NCBI GenBank assembly: GCA_963668355.1
Contig: OY764265.1
Coordinates: forward strand, 864,001-928,000
Length of the DNA: 64,000 nt
Direction of reading: 5' to 3'
Source of the DNA: Bdellovibrionota bacterium
GTDB taxonomy: Bacteria; Bdellovibrionota_G; JALEGL01; DATDPG01
Part shown: in pieces, positions 27,926 to 37,347 of the stretch
Layout: every line of letters starts with the position of its first letter
How positions within the stretch are numbered: the first letter of the stretch is position 1
Notes under the pieces: generated by a model
Seen by the model: the letters and a program-made list of their open reading frames with translations, nothing else
Databases searched by the model: none
What the model was told of the DNA's origin: nothing
Position numbers and translations under genes: made by a program

Positions 27926-28666
27926 TTATACGGCGATACTCGCCAAAAGCGAGTGCTTAAAGAAACTCTGTCGATGCAGTGACTCTTCGTCTCCATAAGC
28001 ATGCTCCGGACCGACGACACACGCTTTTCGAGCCAAACAAACCCGATCACAGCTTTTCGAAGACTTAAGCTGCGTTCCACAGGCACGAAAATCGAATTCC
28101 GTGCGGGATATGGCCATGGCCGGGCAGGCCGAAATGCATGGCTTTTGACAGGCTTCACAGGGGTGAAAACTTCCTGAAATGGGATGGCTGGCTTGGACTT
28201 CAAAGGAACACAAAACGGCTGCCCGCAAACTCACCCAAGGGCCAAATTCCGGATGAAGTAAGTAACCCAAAACGGTTTGGGTGGTTCCAAAACCACACAC
28301 CTCAGCCAACTTTGTAAATGACAAATTTCGCCCCGAAGAACGAAATGGAAAAACGACTTGGGTTTGTTCCCGATCGCATTTCAGATGGTTTAGAAACTGC
28401 CTGGTTCTCTTCACGGACGCTCGATCGATCATATTTTTGGCCCGACGCTCATGAGAATCCAGAGAGTTCCAAAAAGCAGCGCCCCCAGTGCCCAGCAAAA
28501 TTACCGTTTTGACTTCGGACCAAATGGATGACCAACGATGGTGAAGAGGAGCTTGTGCATCGAGAAGTTCTGCGGAGACCGATCCAATCAGGTTGAATCC
28601 TTGTTGAGAGGCCGCTTCTTTAAGAAGCTGGAAAGACAGATCCACCTTTAATTCCTCTCCGCGCAA
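27926..28666 (-). CDS. QueG/CblC-like 4Fe-4S ferredoxin-domain protein
   Basis: LLHPEFGPWVSLRAAV, CEACQKPCISACP, C..C...CLARKAC; real start may be the GTG a few codons in. Confidence 0.6.
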   Translation of the reverse strand: MRGEELKVDLSFQLLKEAASQQGFNLIGSVSAELLDAQAPLHHRWSSIWSEVKTVILLGTGGAAFWNSLDSHERRAKNMIDRASVKRTRQFLNHLKCDREQTQVVFPFRSSGRNLSFTKLAEVCGFGTTQTVLGYLLHPEFGPWVSLRAAVLCSFEVQASHPISGSFHPCEACQKPCISACPAMAISRTEFDFRACGTQLKSSKSCDRVCLARKACVVGPEHAYGDEESLHRQSFFKHSLLASIAV

Positions 28667-30194
28667 TCAAGGTTGCAACCAGCAAAAACCCCACACATCC
28701 GGAAAACGCAAAAAGAGAAACCATTCCGATCCACCCACTCACATCCGTAGGTGCCAAGATGGACATCGTGTTCTCCCAAAAAAGAAATGTCTCAGTCGTC
28801 CCTTTGTAAATGGCCTCAAGGCTCTGGGCCAATCCCAAGAGGAACCAAGCCAGCACAAAGCCCACTCCAGCTCCAAGCCCGCCGAACATCCACAGCGACT
28901 TTCGGCTGATGGGGCCTTTGCTCGAAACCGGTTCTCCTAACTGAATGGTTGGCTCTCTCTCTCCCAGAGGAGAGAAACGATGCAATAAGATGAGACCCGG
29001 AATTCCCGCTGCAATCGTTCCCCAAAAGAAAAGTTCCCAACCAAATGCATGTACGGAGTATCCGGTGAGAGGACCCCCGAGAATGCGTGGCAGGGAAAAC
29101 AAACATGTGAAAAACGCATACTGGGTGGCGGCATACTTCTTTTTGGTTAGGCGCAGCAAAAGAACGCTGAAAGCTCCCGTACCCATGCCGGAAGTGACAT
29201 TCTCGAACGTCATAGCTGCGTACATCAGCCCTCGGTGAGTCTCGGTTTGTGAAAGCAAGACGTACCCCAAATTTGAAAAAATTTGCAGGAAGCCGAAAAA
29301 CCAGAGCGCCCGACCCAAGCTCATCAAAGGCGTCACAGCTCCGCCCAAAAAGGTCCCAAAGAGGGTGGAAGCCAAACCCACCGTCGCCAACGCCACGCCC
29401 CGATCAAAATCCGAATAGCCCATATCCACCAGGAATGGACGGAGGAGCGAACTCCCAAGATTGTCAGAAAGTTTGTAGAGAAGAACAAAGGCCAAAATTT
29501 CCAGGGCTCTCCGTCGACTCAAAAACTCCAGAAAGGGCAGCCAGATGGCATCGCGAATGCGGGTTGGAACCGCCTGTTTTTCTTCCGGTTCCGGAGCTTT
29601 CCACGTCACCCACAACATCGGAAGGTAGAGACACGCCAAAAGCACATTCACCATGGACCAAGACCATTGAGCCGCCAGTGTAATGCTTAAGCCTCCAGCC
29701 ACATACATGGCAGCTCGATAAAAACCAATTCGTGCTCCCACGGCCACCCCGTGCTCTTCTTTTCGAAGAACTTCGACGGCATACGCATCCAAAGCGATGT
29801 CTTGTGTGGCCGAAGAAATCGCGATCGCCAAAGCCAAAGCACCCACCACCCAAAAGGCCCCCGGCTGATTTCCCACTCCGGCCAAAGCCAGTGTAAAAAC
29901 AAACAGGGCCAACTGAGCCAAGGCAGCCCATCCTCGCCTTCGACCCAAAAAAGGTGGAACAAATCGATCCATGAAGGGCGACCAAAACACTTTGAAGGCC
30001 CAAGGTGCCTGAGCCAATGTGATGAGTCCCACCCAACGGATGTCGACCCCCGAACTTCTCAACCAATCCGGAATCGCAATCCAGACCAAACCCAACGGCA
30101 ATCCAGAAGAAAAAGACAAAAGGGTTACAGAGGCCGTACGCCAGGTCGTCAGGGCTTGTCCAGTTTGTACCCAAAAGTTTTTTTTCTGCATCAT
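28620..30194 (-). CDS. ampG: AmpG-family muropeptide MFS permease with C-terminal extension
   Basis: FSSGLP, PWAFKVFWSPFMD, GRRRGW, SATQDIALDAY, LYKLSD, AATQYA. Confidence 0.9.
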   Translation of the reverse strand: MMQKKNFWVQTGQALTTWRTASVTLLSFSSGLPLGLVWIAIPDWLRSSGVDIRWVGLITLAQAPWAFKVFWSPFMDRFVPPFLGRRRGWAALAQLALFVFTLALAGVGNQPGAFWVVGALALAIAISSATQDIALDAYAVEVLRKEEHGVAVGARIGFYRAAMYVAGGLSITLAAQWSWSMVNVLLACLYLPMLWVTWKAPEPEEKQAVPTRIRDAIWLPFLEFLSRRRALEILAFVLLYKLSDNLGSSLLRPFLVDMGYSDFDRGVALATVGLASTLFGTFLGGAVTPLMSLGRALWFFGFLQIFSNLGYVLLSQTETHRGLMYAAMTFENVTSGMGTGAFSVLLLRLTKKKYAATQYAFFTCLFSLPRILGGPLTGYSVHAFGWELFFWGTIAAGIPGLILLHRFSPLGEREPTIQLGEPVSSKGPISRKSLWMFGGLGAGVGFVLAWFLLGLAQSLEAIYKGTTETFLFWENTMSILAPTDVSGWIGMVSLFAFSGCVGFLLVATLIARRGIKGGSVFPAS

Positions 30195-31360
30195 CGTCTC
30201 AACGTTGCCACAAAGAAACCGTCTGTTCCTTCTGCATCAGGTCTCAGCAAACGCGTATTGCCGGTTTCTTTAAAACGTGGGTCATCACGACTAAATGTAG
30301 CAATAACCTCTTGGTTCTCCAAAGGATGAATCGTACACGTAATGTAATGCAAACACCCTCCCTCCCGGACCAAGCGTGAAAACTTTTTGAGCAGAGCCAA
30401 TTGTTGTTTTGGAAAGGTTGCCACCATCGATTTTGTGTAATGCCACTTCAACCAAGGTCGTCGGCGAAGGGTTCCCAAAGAAGAACAGGGAGCGTCAACA
30501 ACCACGACATCTACTCGATTCTCCCATCCGCTTAATGGCTCCGTCTCGTCTTTCGCCACCCACTGGGGTTCCAAAATCGTACACCCCGCGCGCTTGCCTC
30601 TCTTGGCCAATTCTTCCAAAGGTCGGCTGTCCGAGTCCAAAGCGAAAATTCTCCCTTGGTTTTCCATCATGGCTGCCAAAGCTAAGGATTTTCCACCGGC
30701 CCCAGCACATGCGTCCACCACAGTCATCCCTTTTTCTGCTCCGGTTTCCAATACAGAAATTTGACTCCCTTCATCCTGCATTTCAAAGCATCCTTCTTTG
30801 AAGGCCTTTAAGGAGCGAATATTGACCCGTTGTTTTAGGTGGATCGCCCAAGGACTATTGCGACCGATTTCAAATTCGATGCTTTTTTTTTCAAACGCCT
30901 CGATCAATTTCTCCCGCGTGGTTTTTAAGGTGTTGACTCTTAAGGTCGTAGGAGCTTCATCGTTCAAGGAAAGGAGAAGTTTGACGGCCTCGCTCAGTCC
31001 ATACTGATGCACACAAAGCTCAACCAGCCAGGTGGGATATGACATCTCCCGACTGAGCGTATCCAAAGAGAGGGTGTTCCACCGAGAAAGAGGGGGGTTC
31101 TCCTTCAGACTCTCGGCCTCTGATAGTTTTGATTCAAGGGAATCGAGAGAAATGACGGTGGGCAAAATGTCTCCCCATAGGCGACGACGCCAACGGATGG
31201 AGCGAAACAACAAATCTTTCAAGTAACGTCTTCGCGAAGAAGAAACGGATCGATTTCGAGTGATGAGTTTATTGACTTCCCCAGAAAAACATAGGGGTTG
31301 CTCAAAAGATGTCGCCAACACATTTCGGAACAGCTCCGAATCTATTGGGGGTCGGTCCAT
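30191..31360 (-). CDS. RsmB/NOP2-family RNA m5C methyltransferase
   Basis: LRVNTLK, EMQDEGSQ, DACAGAGGKS, VDAPCS, YITCT, TDGFF. Confidence 0.9.
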   Translation of the reverse strand: MDRPPIDSELFRNVLATSFEQPLCFSGEVNKLITRNRSVSSSRRRYLKDLLFRSIRWRRRLWGDILPTVISLDSLESKLSEAESLKENPPLSRWNTLSLDTLSREMSYPTWLVELCVHQYGLSEAVKLLLSLNDEAPTTLRVNTLKTTREKLIEAFEKKSIEFEIGRNSPWAIHLKQRVNIRSLKAFKEGCFEMQDEGSQISVLETGAEKGMTVVDACAGAGGKSLALAAMMENQGRIFALDSDSRPLEELAKRGKRAGCTILEPQWVAKDETEPLSGWENRVDVVVVDAPCSSLGTLRRRPWLKWHYTKSMVATFPKQQLALLKKFSRLVREGGCLHYITCTIHPLENQEVIATFSRDDPRFKETGNTRLLRPDAEGTDGFFVATLRR

Positions 31361-33282
31361 CTTCCTTTCTCTCGAATCAATTCGATCAGCCGTTCATCTG
31401 CTTGAGCAGTCGGAATATGACGCACCACACACTCTTTTCCTACGTACAAGTGAATTCGATCGGGACCCGCACCCACATAGCCGAAATCTGCGTCCGCCAT
31501 TTCTCCAGGACCATTCACAATGCAACCCATGATCGCAATTTTTACGTCCTTTAAATGTCCGGTCTTCTTTCGAATTCGATCGGTCGTTTCCTGAAGATCA
31601 AACAAGGTTCGTCCGCAAGAAGGACAAGAAATGAACTCCGTCTTAAACATGCGACGACGAGAGGCCTGCAATACATTGTAGGCCAACCGATGATTGAATG
31701 CAGATCCATGCGCGGAAGAAATCTCAACGCTGTCGCCCAGTCCATCACAGAGAAGTCCTCCAAGTTCCTTGGCGGCCAAGATCTGCGCCTCTTCCTTTGA
31801 AAAACTCAAGGGCGTCTGGAGATGAAGATGCAGCGGGGGATTCATCTGGACTTCACTGAGTTTCAACACAAGCTGTCGCGTCAATTTCGTAAGGGTCGGT
31901 CCTTCAACCTCGATGCCCAAAGAAATTTGATTTTTCAGCTCACGAGCAAAGGAAAGAGCCGTTGAAATATTCTTTTCCGAGCAAATTCGAAGCCACAATG
32001 GCTTTCCCTGCAATTTTTCACGCAGCTTTTCTTGATACTCAGAGACTAACCAAGCTTCGTTGATGGAAAGAGACAATTCATCAAAAAATTCTCGTCCCTT
32101 CTCCAACGGCGAATCGGAACTCGGACGACGAACATAGGCGCAACCCGTTCCAATTGGCCAAGACACTCGTTCATCTTTTTTTTCGGAGACAACCACAACT
32201 TCAAAAGGAGGATCGGACTGATTTTCTCGAATCTGCTTCGCCCCTGCATTTCCTTCAAGTTCCGTTCGAACCCGAATCGGATGCTCTCCTCCAACGCCAA
32301 CTTGGAACGAAGAAACCAACTCCTTCGTGCTCCGTCTTACGTGTTCAAACAGCGGCCAGCTAGGGGAAATCATATCGCACACGGGGGAATCTTCGTGCGG
32401 AAGTGCAAAGAGATTTACGATTTTTTGGGCCACAGGAATCTCGGCTTCGGGATCCTCGGTGAGGGAAACGCGAATGGTGTCGCCTAAACCATCGGCCAAC
32501 AAAGAGCCGATACCCAATGCCGATTTGATGCGACCATCCTCGCCCTCTCCCGCTTCGGTTACACCGAGGTGCAGAGGATAATTCATGTCCGCTTCTTTCA
32601 TCCGGGAAACCAATAGTCGATAAGCTTGGATCATGACTTGCGTATTGGAAGCCTTCATGGACAAAACCAGTTGATGGAAATCTTCGGCCACCGCAATATT
32701 CACAAACTCCATAGCCGATTCGACCATCCCCAAGGGAGTATCTCCATATCGATTCATGATCCGATCCGAGAGAGATCCATGGTTGGTTCCGATTCTCAGC
32801 GCGACACCGTTGGTTTTGGCTCGTTGGAGAATGGGAAGAAACGCATCTCGAATTCGATGGAGTTCTTCCTCATATTCAGCGTCTGTGTAGGATTTGGTTT
32901 CGAATTTCTTTCGATCTGCAAAATTGCCCGGATTGATCCGAACTTTTTCCACAAAATCGCATGCCTGTAAGGCCAGCTTGGGCAAGAAGTGGACATCAGC
33001 CACAACCGGTTGATGGATGCCACGTCGTTTCATTTCTTTTCGAATGGCCGGCAAATTATCGATGTCCGCTTGAGTAGGCGTGGTCACTCGCATGAGTTGG
33101 CACCCAACTTCCGAAAGTTTTTCCATTTGATCCACAGTGGCTTTCGTATCCTGTGTGGAGGGCGTGGTCATGGATTGAACGACGATGGGGGTTTTTCCGC
33201 CAATCACCAAGTCTCCCACACGGACCTCTCTTGTACGCCAGCGGGTGGGTTGAAGAAGCGAATTCGTGTAAAGCTTTGCCAT
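31342..33282 (-). CDS. ispG: HMBPP synthase IspG, long three-domain form
   Basis: VQSMT, ADVHF, RINPGN, RIGTNHGSLS, HLGVTEAG, GDTIRVSLT; ~250-aa insert; SCPSCGR, MGCIVNGPGE. Confidence 0.96.
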   Translation of the reverse strand: MAKLYTNSLLQPTRWRTREVRVGDLVIGGKTPIVVQSMTTPSTQDTKATVDQMEKLSEVGCQLMRVTTPTQADIDNLPAIRKEMKRRGIHQPVVADVHFLPKLALQACDFVEKVRINPGNFADRKKFETKSYTDAEYEEELHRIRDAFLPILQRAKTNGVALRIGTNHGSLSDRIMNRYGDTPLGMVESAMEFVNIAVAEDFHQLVLSMKASNTQVMIQAYRLLVSRMKEADMNYPLHLGVTEAGEGEDGRIKSALGIGSLLADGLGDTIRVSLTEDPEAEIPVAQKIVNLFALPHEDSPVCDMISPSWPLFEHVRRSTKELVSSFQVGVGGEHPIRVRTELEGNAGAKQIRENQSDPPFEVVVVSEKKDERVSWPIGTGCAYVRRPSSDSPLEKGREFFDELSLSINEAWLVSEYQEKLREKLQGKPLWLRICSEKNISTALSFARELKNQISLGIEVEGPTLTKLTRQLVLKLSEVQMNPPLHLHLQTPLSFSKEEAQILAAKELGGLLCDGLGDSVEISSAHGSAFNHRLAYNVLQASRRRMFKTEFISCPSCGRTLFDLQETTDRIRKKTGHLKDVKIAIMGCIVNGPGEMADADFGYVGAGPDRIHLYVGKECVVRHIPTAQADERLIELIREKGRWTDPQ

Positions 33283-33395
33283 CGCGGCGTAACTTAGACA
33301 GGTTATTTAGGCCTGTAAAGCCCCAGACTCAAAGCCAAATTTTTGGCTTAATTTCCACATCCCTTTCCCCACATTGATTTACTGCTTGAGCAAAG

Positions 33396-33476
33396 ACAAT
33401 AAAATGAATTCAGGGTCACATGGGCCCTTCCGCCCAGTGTAGATCCTCCCATGTGACCCTGAATTCATTTCATTGT
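33396..33476. repeat. Hairpin 1: 29-bp inverted repeat with 23-nt loop
   Basis: ACAATAAAATGAATTCAGGGTCACATGGG / CCCATGTGACCCTGAATTCATTTCATTGT (1 mismatch); loop CCCTTCCGCCCAGTGTAGATCCT. Confidence 0.9.
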
Positions 33477-33535
33477 TATATAATTCGAATCATCTTCTTA
33501 CCTAAAAAAGAGAAGATTACTTTGAGCAAAAAGAC

Positions 33536-33584
33536 TAGGTTTTTTGGGAGGATCTACACCGGGCGGAGGGGCCCAAAAAACCTA
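33536..33584. repeat. Hairpin 2: perfect 13-bp inverted repeat with 23-nt loop complementary to loop 1
   Basis: TAGGTTTTTTGGG / CCCAAAAAACCTA; loop AGGATCTACACCGGGCGGAGGGG. Confidence 0.9.
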
Positions 33585-33657
33585 TTCATCACGATAGCGC
33601 CGCTAAGTTATTGTTACATCCTAGACCCATATTTTTCGTGGGAGTAATATCTCTCCC

Positions 33658-34242
33658 ATGAAAGAAGGATCAAAAGAGTGGTGGGAGAGTAAGTTTCAGA
33701 AATCTTCTGATTATCTTTATGGAAAAGCGCCGTCTCAATTTTTAATCGACCATTTAGAACTTCTCAAAAAAGGAGAAACTTTGGATGTGGCTACCGGCGA
33801 AGGTCGGAATGCCGTCTTCTTGGCTAGCAAAGGATTTCAAGTTTCCGCCGTAGACCACTCACCTACAGCCCTTGAACGAGCCAAAAAGTTAGCCACAGAT
33901 AGCGGCGTCAAAGTTGAATTTAAGGAACAAGATTTGGATTTCTTCATTCTTCCCCTCATGAAGTACGACACGATTGTGGTCTGTGACTACCACCCCCCAC
34001 TGACCGTGTTAAAAAGTCTAACCCGAGGATTGAATAAAGGCGGAACGCTCATCATGGAAGGTTACGCGATGGAACAAGCTCGTTTGGCCGGGCCCCATGG
34101 GGAGCCTCAAGCTTTCGAATGCTATAAACCCAACGAAGCCATTCAAAACGCCCGAGACGTTCACATTATCTTATACAACGAAAGAGAAATGGAGCCGGGT
34201 CAACACCGCGTCCAGCTCATCGCACGCAAGCCCAACCGTTAA
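33658..34242 (+). CDS. Class I SAM-dependent methyltransferase (TehB-like)
   Basis: YLYGKAPS, LDVATGEGRNAVFLA, VSAVD, QLIARK. Confidence 0.88.
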   Translation: MKEGSKEWWESKFQKSSDYLYGKAPSQFLIDHLELLKKGETLDVATGEGRNAVFLASKGFQVSAVDHSPTALERAKKLATDSGVKVEFKEQDLDFFILPLMKYDTIVVCDYHPPLTVLKSLTRGLNKGGTLIMEGYAMEQARLAGPHGEPQAFECYKPNEAIQNARDVHIILYNEREMEPGQHRVQLIARKPNR

Positions 34243-35738
34243 TTCGAAAACATTTTGGTGGCCCGATATTGCAAGGCTTCCGCAATTTGACTGCATTGAA
34301 CTTCTTGGCCTCCCTCCAAGTCCACAATGGTTTGCGCCACCAAAATGCTCTTATGAATTCCCCTGGGTGAGAGTCCATACTCCTTTGCCGCTTGTTTCAA
34401 TAAAGCTTCCGCCGAAGGATCCACCTGAATGAATTGATGAATTTCCGGAGCCGACAACTCTCCATTGGCCTTGCGTTGTCGATGGATCTGCCGTTCACGT
34501 GCCAGCGAGGTCCGCTTCAATACCTCTTCGCTTTTTTCCTCTCCTTTGGGTTTCCAAATCTCTTCCCATTTGGGCTTAGGAAGTTCCACCAATAAATCGA
34601 TCCGCTCGCGAATGGGAGAAGAAATTTTTCGTCGATACTTATCCACGGCAAAGGGCGTGCAGACACACTCTTTCCGATCATCCCCCAACGCTCCGCACGG
34701 ACATAGGTTCATCGCCGCCAAGAAAATGAAATTCGCGGGAAGATGATATCCGCCTTCCGCCCTGGAAACCGTCACAAAACCATTTCCCATGGGTTCTCTC
34801 AAGGCCTCCAAGACGTCGCGCCGGAACTCCGGAAGCTCGTCCAAAAACAAAACTCCCCGATGTGCCAGCGTTAACTCTCCCGGGCGAAAGGGTCGCCCCC
34901 CACCCAAAAAGCCAGCCAAGGAAGCTCCATGATGGGGTGAACGAAAAGGCGGAGAGGTTTTTTTATCGGAGTCTGGAAATCCTGCGGCGCTATAGATTCT
35001 GCGAACCTCTCTCTGCTCAGTCAAACTCAATGAAGGAATGACGCCGGGCATCCTTCGAGCCAATAATGTTTTTCCCACCCCCGGAACCCCTCCAAAAAGG
35101 AGATTGTGTTTGCCTGCTGCCGAGATCTCCATGGCCCGCTTGGCGACCCTTTGTCCTCCGACCTCGCACCAGTCAGGAGAACGCTCTTCCAGCGGCAGCG
35201 TATAGTCTGAAGGCGTAAGATCTACGTTCTCTCCAAGAAAGTGTGATTTCAGATCTGCCAAGTTCCTGGGAGCTTTGATGCGTAAGGGAGGATCCTTTCC
35301 CAGCTCACGAGCCGACGTGGGGGGTAGGATCAAACCTTCCCGGCTTTCCTGACAAGCCAATTCGGCAAAAGCCAAACTCCCCCGCACGTATTGAAGTTGG
35401 CCATCCAGTGACAACTCTCCCAGGACCACCCACCCCTCGACAACCTCAGCGCCCACGACACCAAACGCCTGCAAGAGCGCAATTGCGATCGGCAGATCCA
35501 AAGAAGCTCCACTTTTTGGAACGGCTGCCGGGGAAAGGTTGACCACAATCCGTTTGGCTTTCCAAGTCACGCCGACACTTCGAAGGGCCGAGACAATTCG
35601 ATCTCTCCCCTCTTTCACTTCCGTTTTGGGCAAGCCGACGATGTCAAATTTGGGGAGGCCTTTTTGGAGATCCACCTCCACCCTGACATCATAAGGTTCG
35701 ACACCACTTAAAACCGCGCTATTGACCGTATGAACCAT
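34239..35738 (-). CDS. comM: YifB/ComM Mg-chelatase-like AAA+ ATPase
   Basis: IVGLP, VNLSPA..K.G..LDLPIA, GVPGVGKT, PFRSPHH, PGELTLAHRGVLFLDE, AMNLCPCG, EALQYR. Confidence 0.92.
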   Translation of the reverse strand: MVHTVNSAVLSGVEPYDVRVEVDLQKGLPKFDIVGLPKTEVKEGRDRIVSALRSVGVTWKAKRIVVNLSPAAVPKSGASLDLPIAIALLQAFGVVGAEVVEGWVVLGELSLDGQLQYVRGSLAFAELACQESREGLILPPTSARELGKDPPLRIKAPRNLADLKSHFLGENVDLTPSDYTLPLEERSPDWCEVGGQRVAKRAMEISAAGKHNLLFGGVPGVGKTLLARRMPGVIPSLSLTEQREVRRIYSAAGFPDSDKKTSPPFRSPHHGASLAGFLGGGRPFRPGELTLAHRGVLFLDELPEFRRDVLEALREPMGNGFVTVSRAEGGYHLPANFIFLAAMNLCPCGALGDDRKECVCTPFAVDKYRRKISSPIRERIDLLVELPKPKWEEIWKPKGEEKSEEVLKRTSLARERQIHRQRKANGELSAPEIHQFIQVDPSAEALLKQAAKEYGLSPRGIHKSILVAQTIVDLEGGQEVQCSQIAEALQYRATKMFSN

Positions 35739-35828
35739 AACGACGGTTTTCTTTTCACAAATGATGCCAGCGATTTTTAAGGGTTTGAGGGGGACACAGA
35801 CCGAAATTCGGTCTCAGAGAAACTGATT

Positions 35829-36239
35829 TTAGGATGGTTTCTTCTTGAGTTTCACTCGCTTCGTAATTTCTTTTTCGATTCCGGGGCGGGCTTGGGCCTT
35901 GGTCTGTTCCGTTTTTTCAATGACATCCAATTCTTCTTCCGGAGTCATTTCATGAAGCTCAAAAATGATTTTCACGTCTCCCAATTGAATTTGATCTTGG
36001 TCTTTCAAAACCTTTCGGGAAATCGATTCGCCGTTGACCCAAACCCCATTGAGACTCTTTAGATCGTAAAGGGTCCATCCCTCTTCTCGTTTTTTCACGT
36101 GGGCATGTTGTCGGGATACGGATTCATCATTGATGCAGATGTCATTGATCGTCGGAACTCGACCGATGAAAATGTCTTCCTCATCCAGCCAAAAAGACGT
36201 GGACGAATCGTTTCTTAAATGAACGATGAACTTGGGCAT
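35829..36239 (-). CDS. FHA domain protein
   Basis: IGR, VSRQHA, DLKSLNGVWVNG, DQIQLG. Confidence 0.9.
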   Translation of the reverse strand: MPKFIVHLRNDSSTSFWLDEEDIFIGRVPTINDICINDESVSRQHAHVKKREEGWTLYDLKSLNGVWVNGESISRKVLKDQDQIQLGDVKIIFELHEMTPEEELDVIEKTEQTKAQARPGIEKEITKRVKLKKKPS

Positions 36240-36264
36240 AGACACACCCAGCTCATCTTAGGTC

Positions 36265-37224
36265 CTAGGATTTGTCAACCTTGCGTCTTTGCTGACTGGG
36301 AAATTGATCAATACTCGGGATGTCGAAAATATGCCACTTCAAGACCTTCACATCGTTCAAAGCCTCAATCAAGAATGTGGCATCTTCCCTCACATCCTTT
36401 TCGAGCTCGGTTTTGGCTTCAACAAGTTCTTTGACGACTCGATCCATTTCTTCTGCCCGGTGAACGAAATCCGGCCCCAAGCCAAGCAACACATCCAGCT
36501 CCGGATCGGTTAAAGATGTAACCATACTCGGAAAAATCCGCGCCATCTGCTCAGTTCGATCCACCATGATGTTAAGGAGGGTCAGGGGCCTTCCCTTCAA
36601 CTCCATGTTTTCAACCACCCGGTCGCGGGCCTGCGCCAAACGTTCCGAAACCTCTTGAGCTACTTCTCCCCCGGCGACTCCAAGTTGAAGTCCCGCTGCG
36701 GCTAGATCAAGAATGCCGCCCTCTACGGACATTCGATCTTCGGAAGAAACATTTTCCAGATTCGGAAGAACCGAACCCAAGGCACTCAAGACATGGGCCG
36801 ATTCGGAAAACAGCGTGGGCAGATCCGTACCTTGTTCAGCCAAGTCATAGTTCAACTCAGCAAAAGCTTCCGTGAACTCAGCAACCTGACGGCCAAAGCG
36901 TTTAAAATCTTCCGGGCGAAACTCTTCAATCAGTGCAATGACATTTGATGCCGCTTCAACCCCTTTCAAGATTTCCGGACCCGCATCGACGATCGTATTG
37001 GTCATGCGCGTAATTTCACTGGCCATTTCCGCCATGGGTCGCCCGATCTCATCCATTTTCTCGGACGCCTTCACGAAGTTCTGATTGAGTTGACGCAATT
37101 CTTGAAGATTCTGTTTCAGGGTTTGATTGGTTTGATCGATCTTCCCCGGATCGACGCAGCTTTGAACCGCAAACAGCAACGGAAAGCTGCATGCGATAAT
37201 TCTAATATTCCTCATCCAAACCAT
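36265..37224 (-). CDS. Helical/coiled-coil lipoprotein, hypothetical
   Basis: LLFAVQSC lipobox; amphipathic helical composition; fills the gap. Confidence 0.6.
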   Translation of the reverse strand: MVWMRNIRIIACSFPLLFAVQSCVDPGKIDQTNQTLKQNLQELRQLNQNFVKASEKMDEIGRPMAEMASEITRMTNTIVDAGPEILKGVEAASNVIALIEEFRPEDFKRFGRQVAEFTEAFAELNYDLAEQGTDLPTLFSESAHVLSALGSVLPNLENVSSEDRMSVEGGILDLAAAGLQLGVAGGEVAQEVSERLAQARDRVVENMELKGRPLTLLNIMVDRTEQMARIFPSMVTSLTDPELDVLLGLGPDFVHRAEEMDRVVKELVEAKTELEKDVREDATFLIEALNDVKVLKWHIFDIPSIDQFPSQQRRKVDKS

Positions 37225-37347
37225 GATTTGCGCGCCCCTTATAATTCAAAATTTTCTGAAAGTTCAAGAAAAAATGAATTTTTAAATAAAAACAGAGACT
37301 TAGAAAGGCCTTCTCAGACGTGTGCGGGAAGGGTAAATTGAGCAGCA

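Noticed and set aside
33396..33584. CRISPR mini-array (GTGTAGAT resembles the end of a Cas12a repeat)
   Set aside because: Only two copies, inverted rather than direct, no TTTCTAC stem, and no cas genes in the window
33420..33647. 75-aa ORF across the hairpins
   Set aside because: No RBS or recognisable motif; it runs through palindromic AT-rich intergenic DNA
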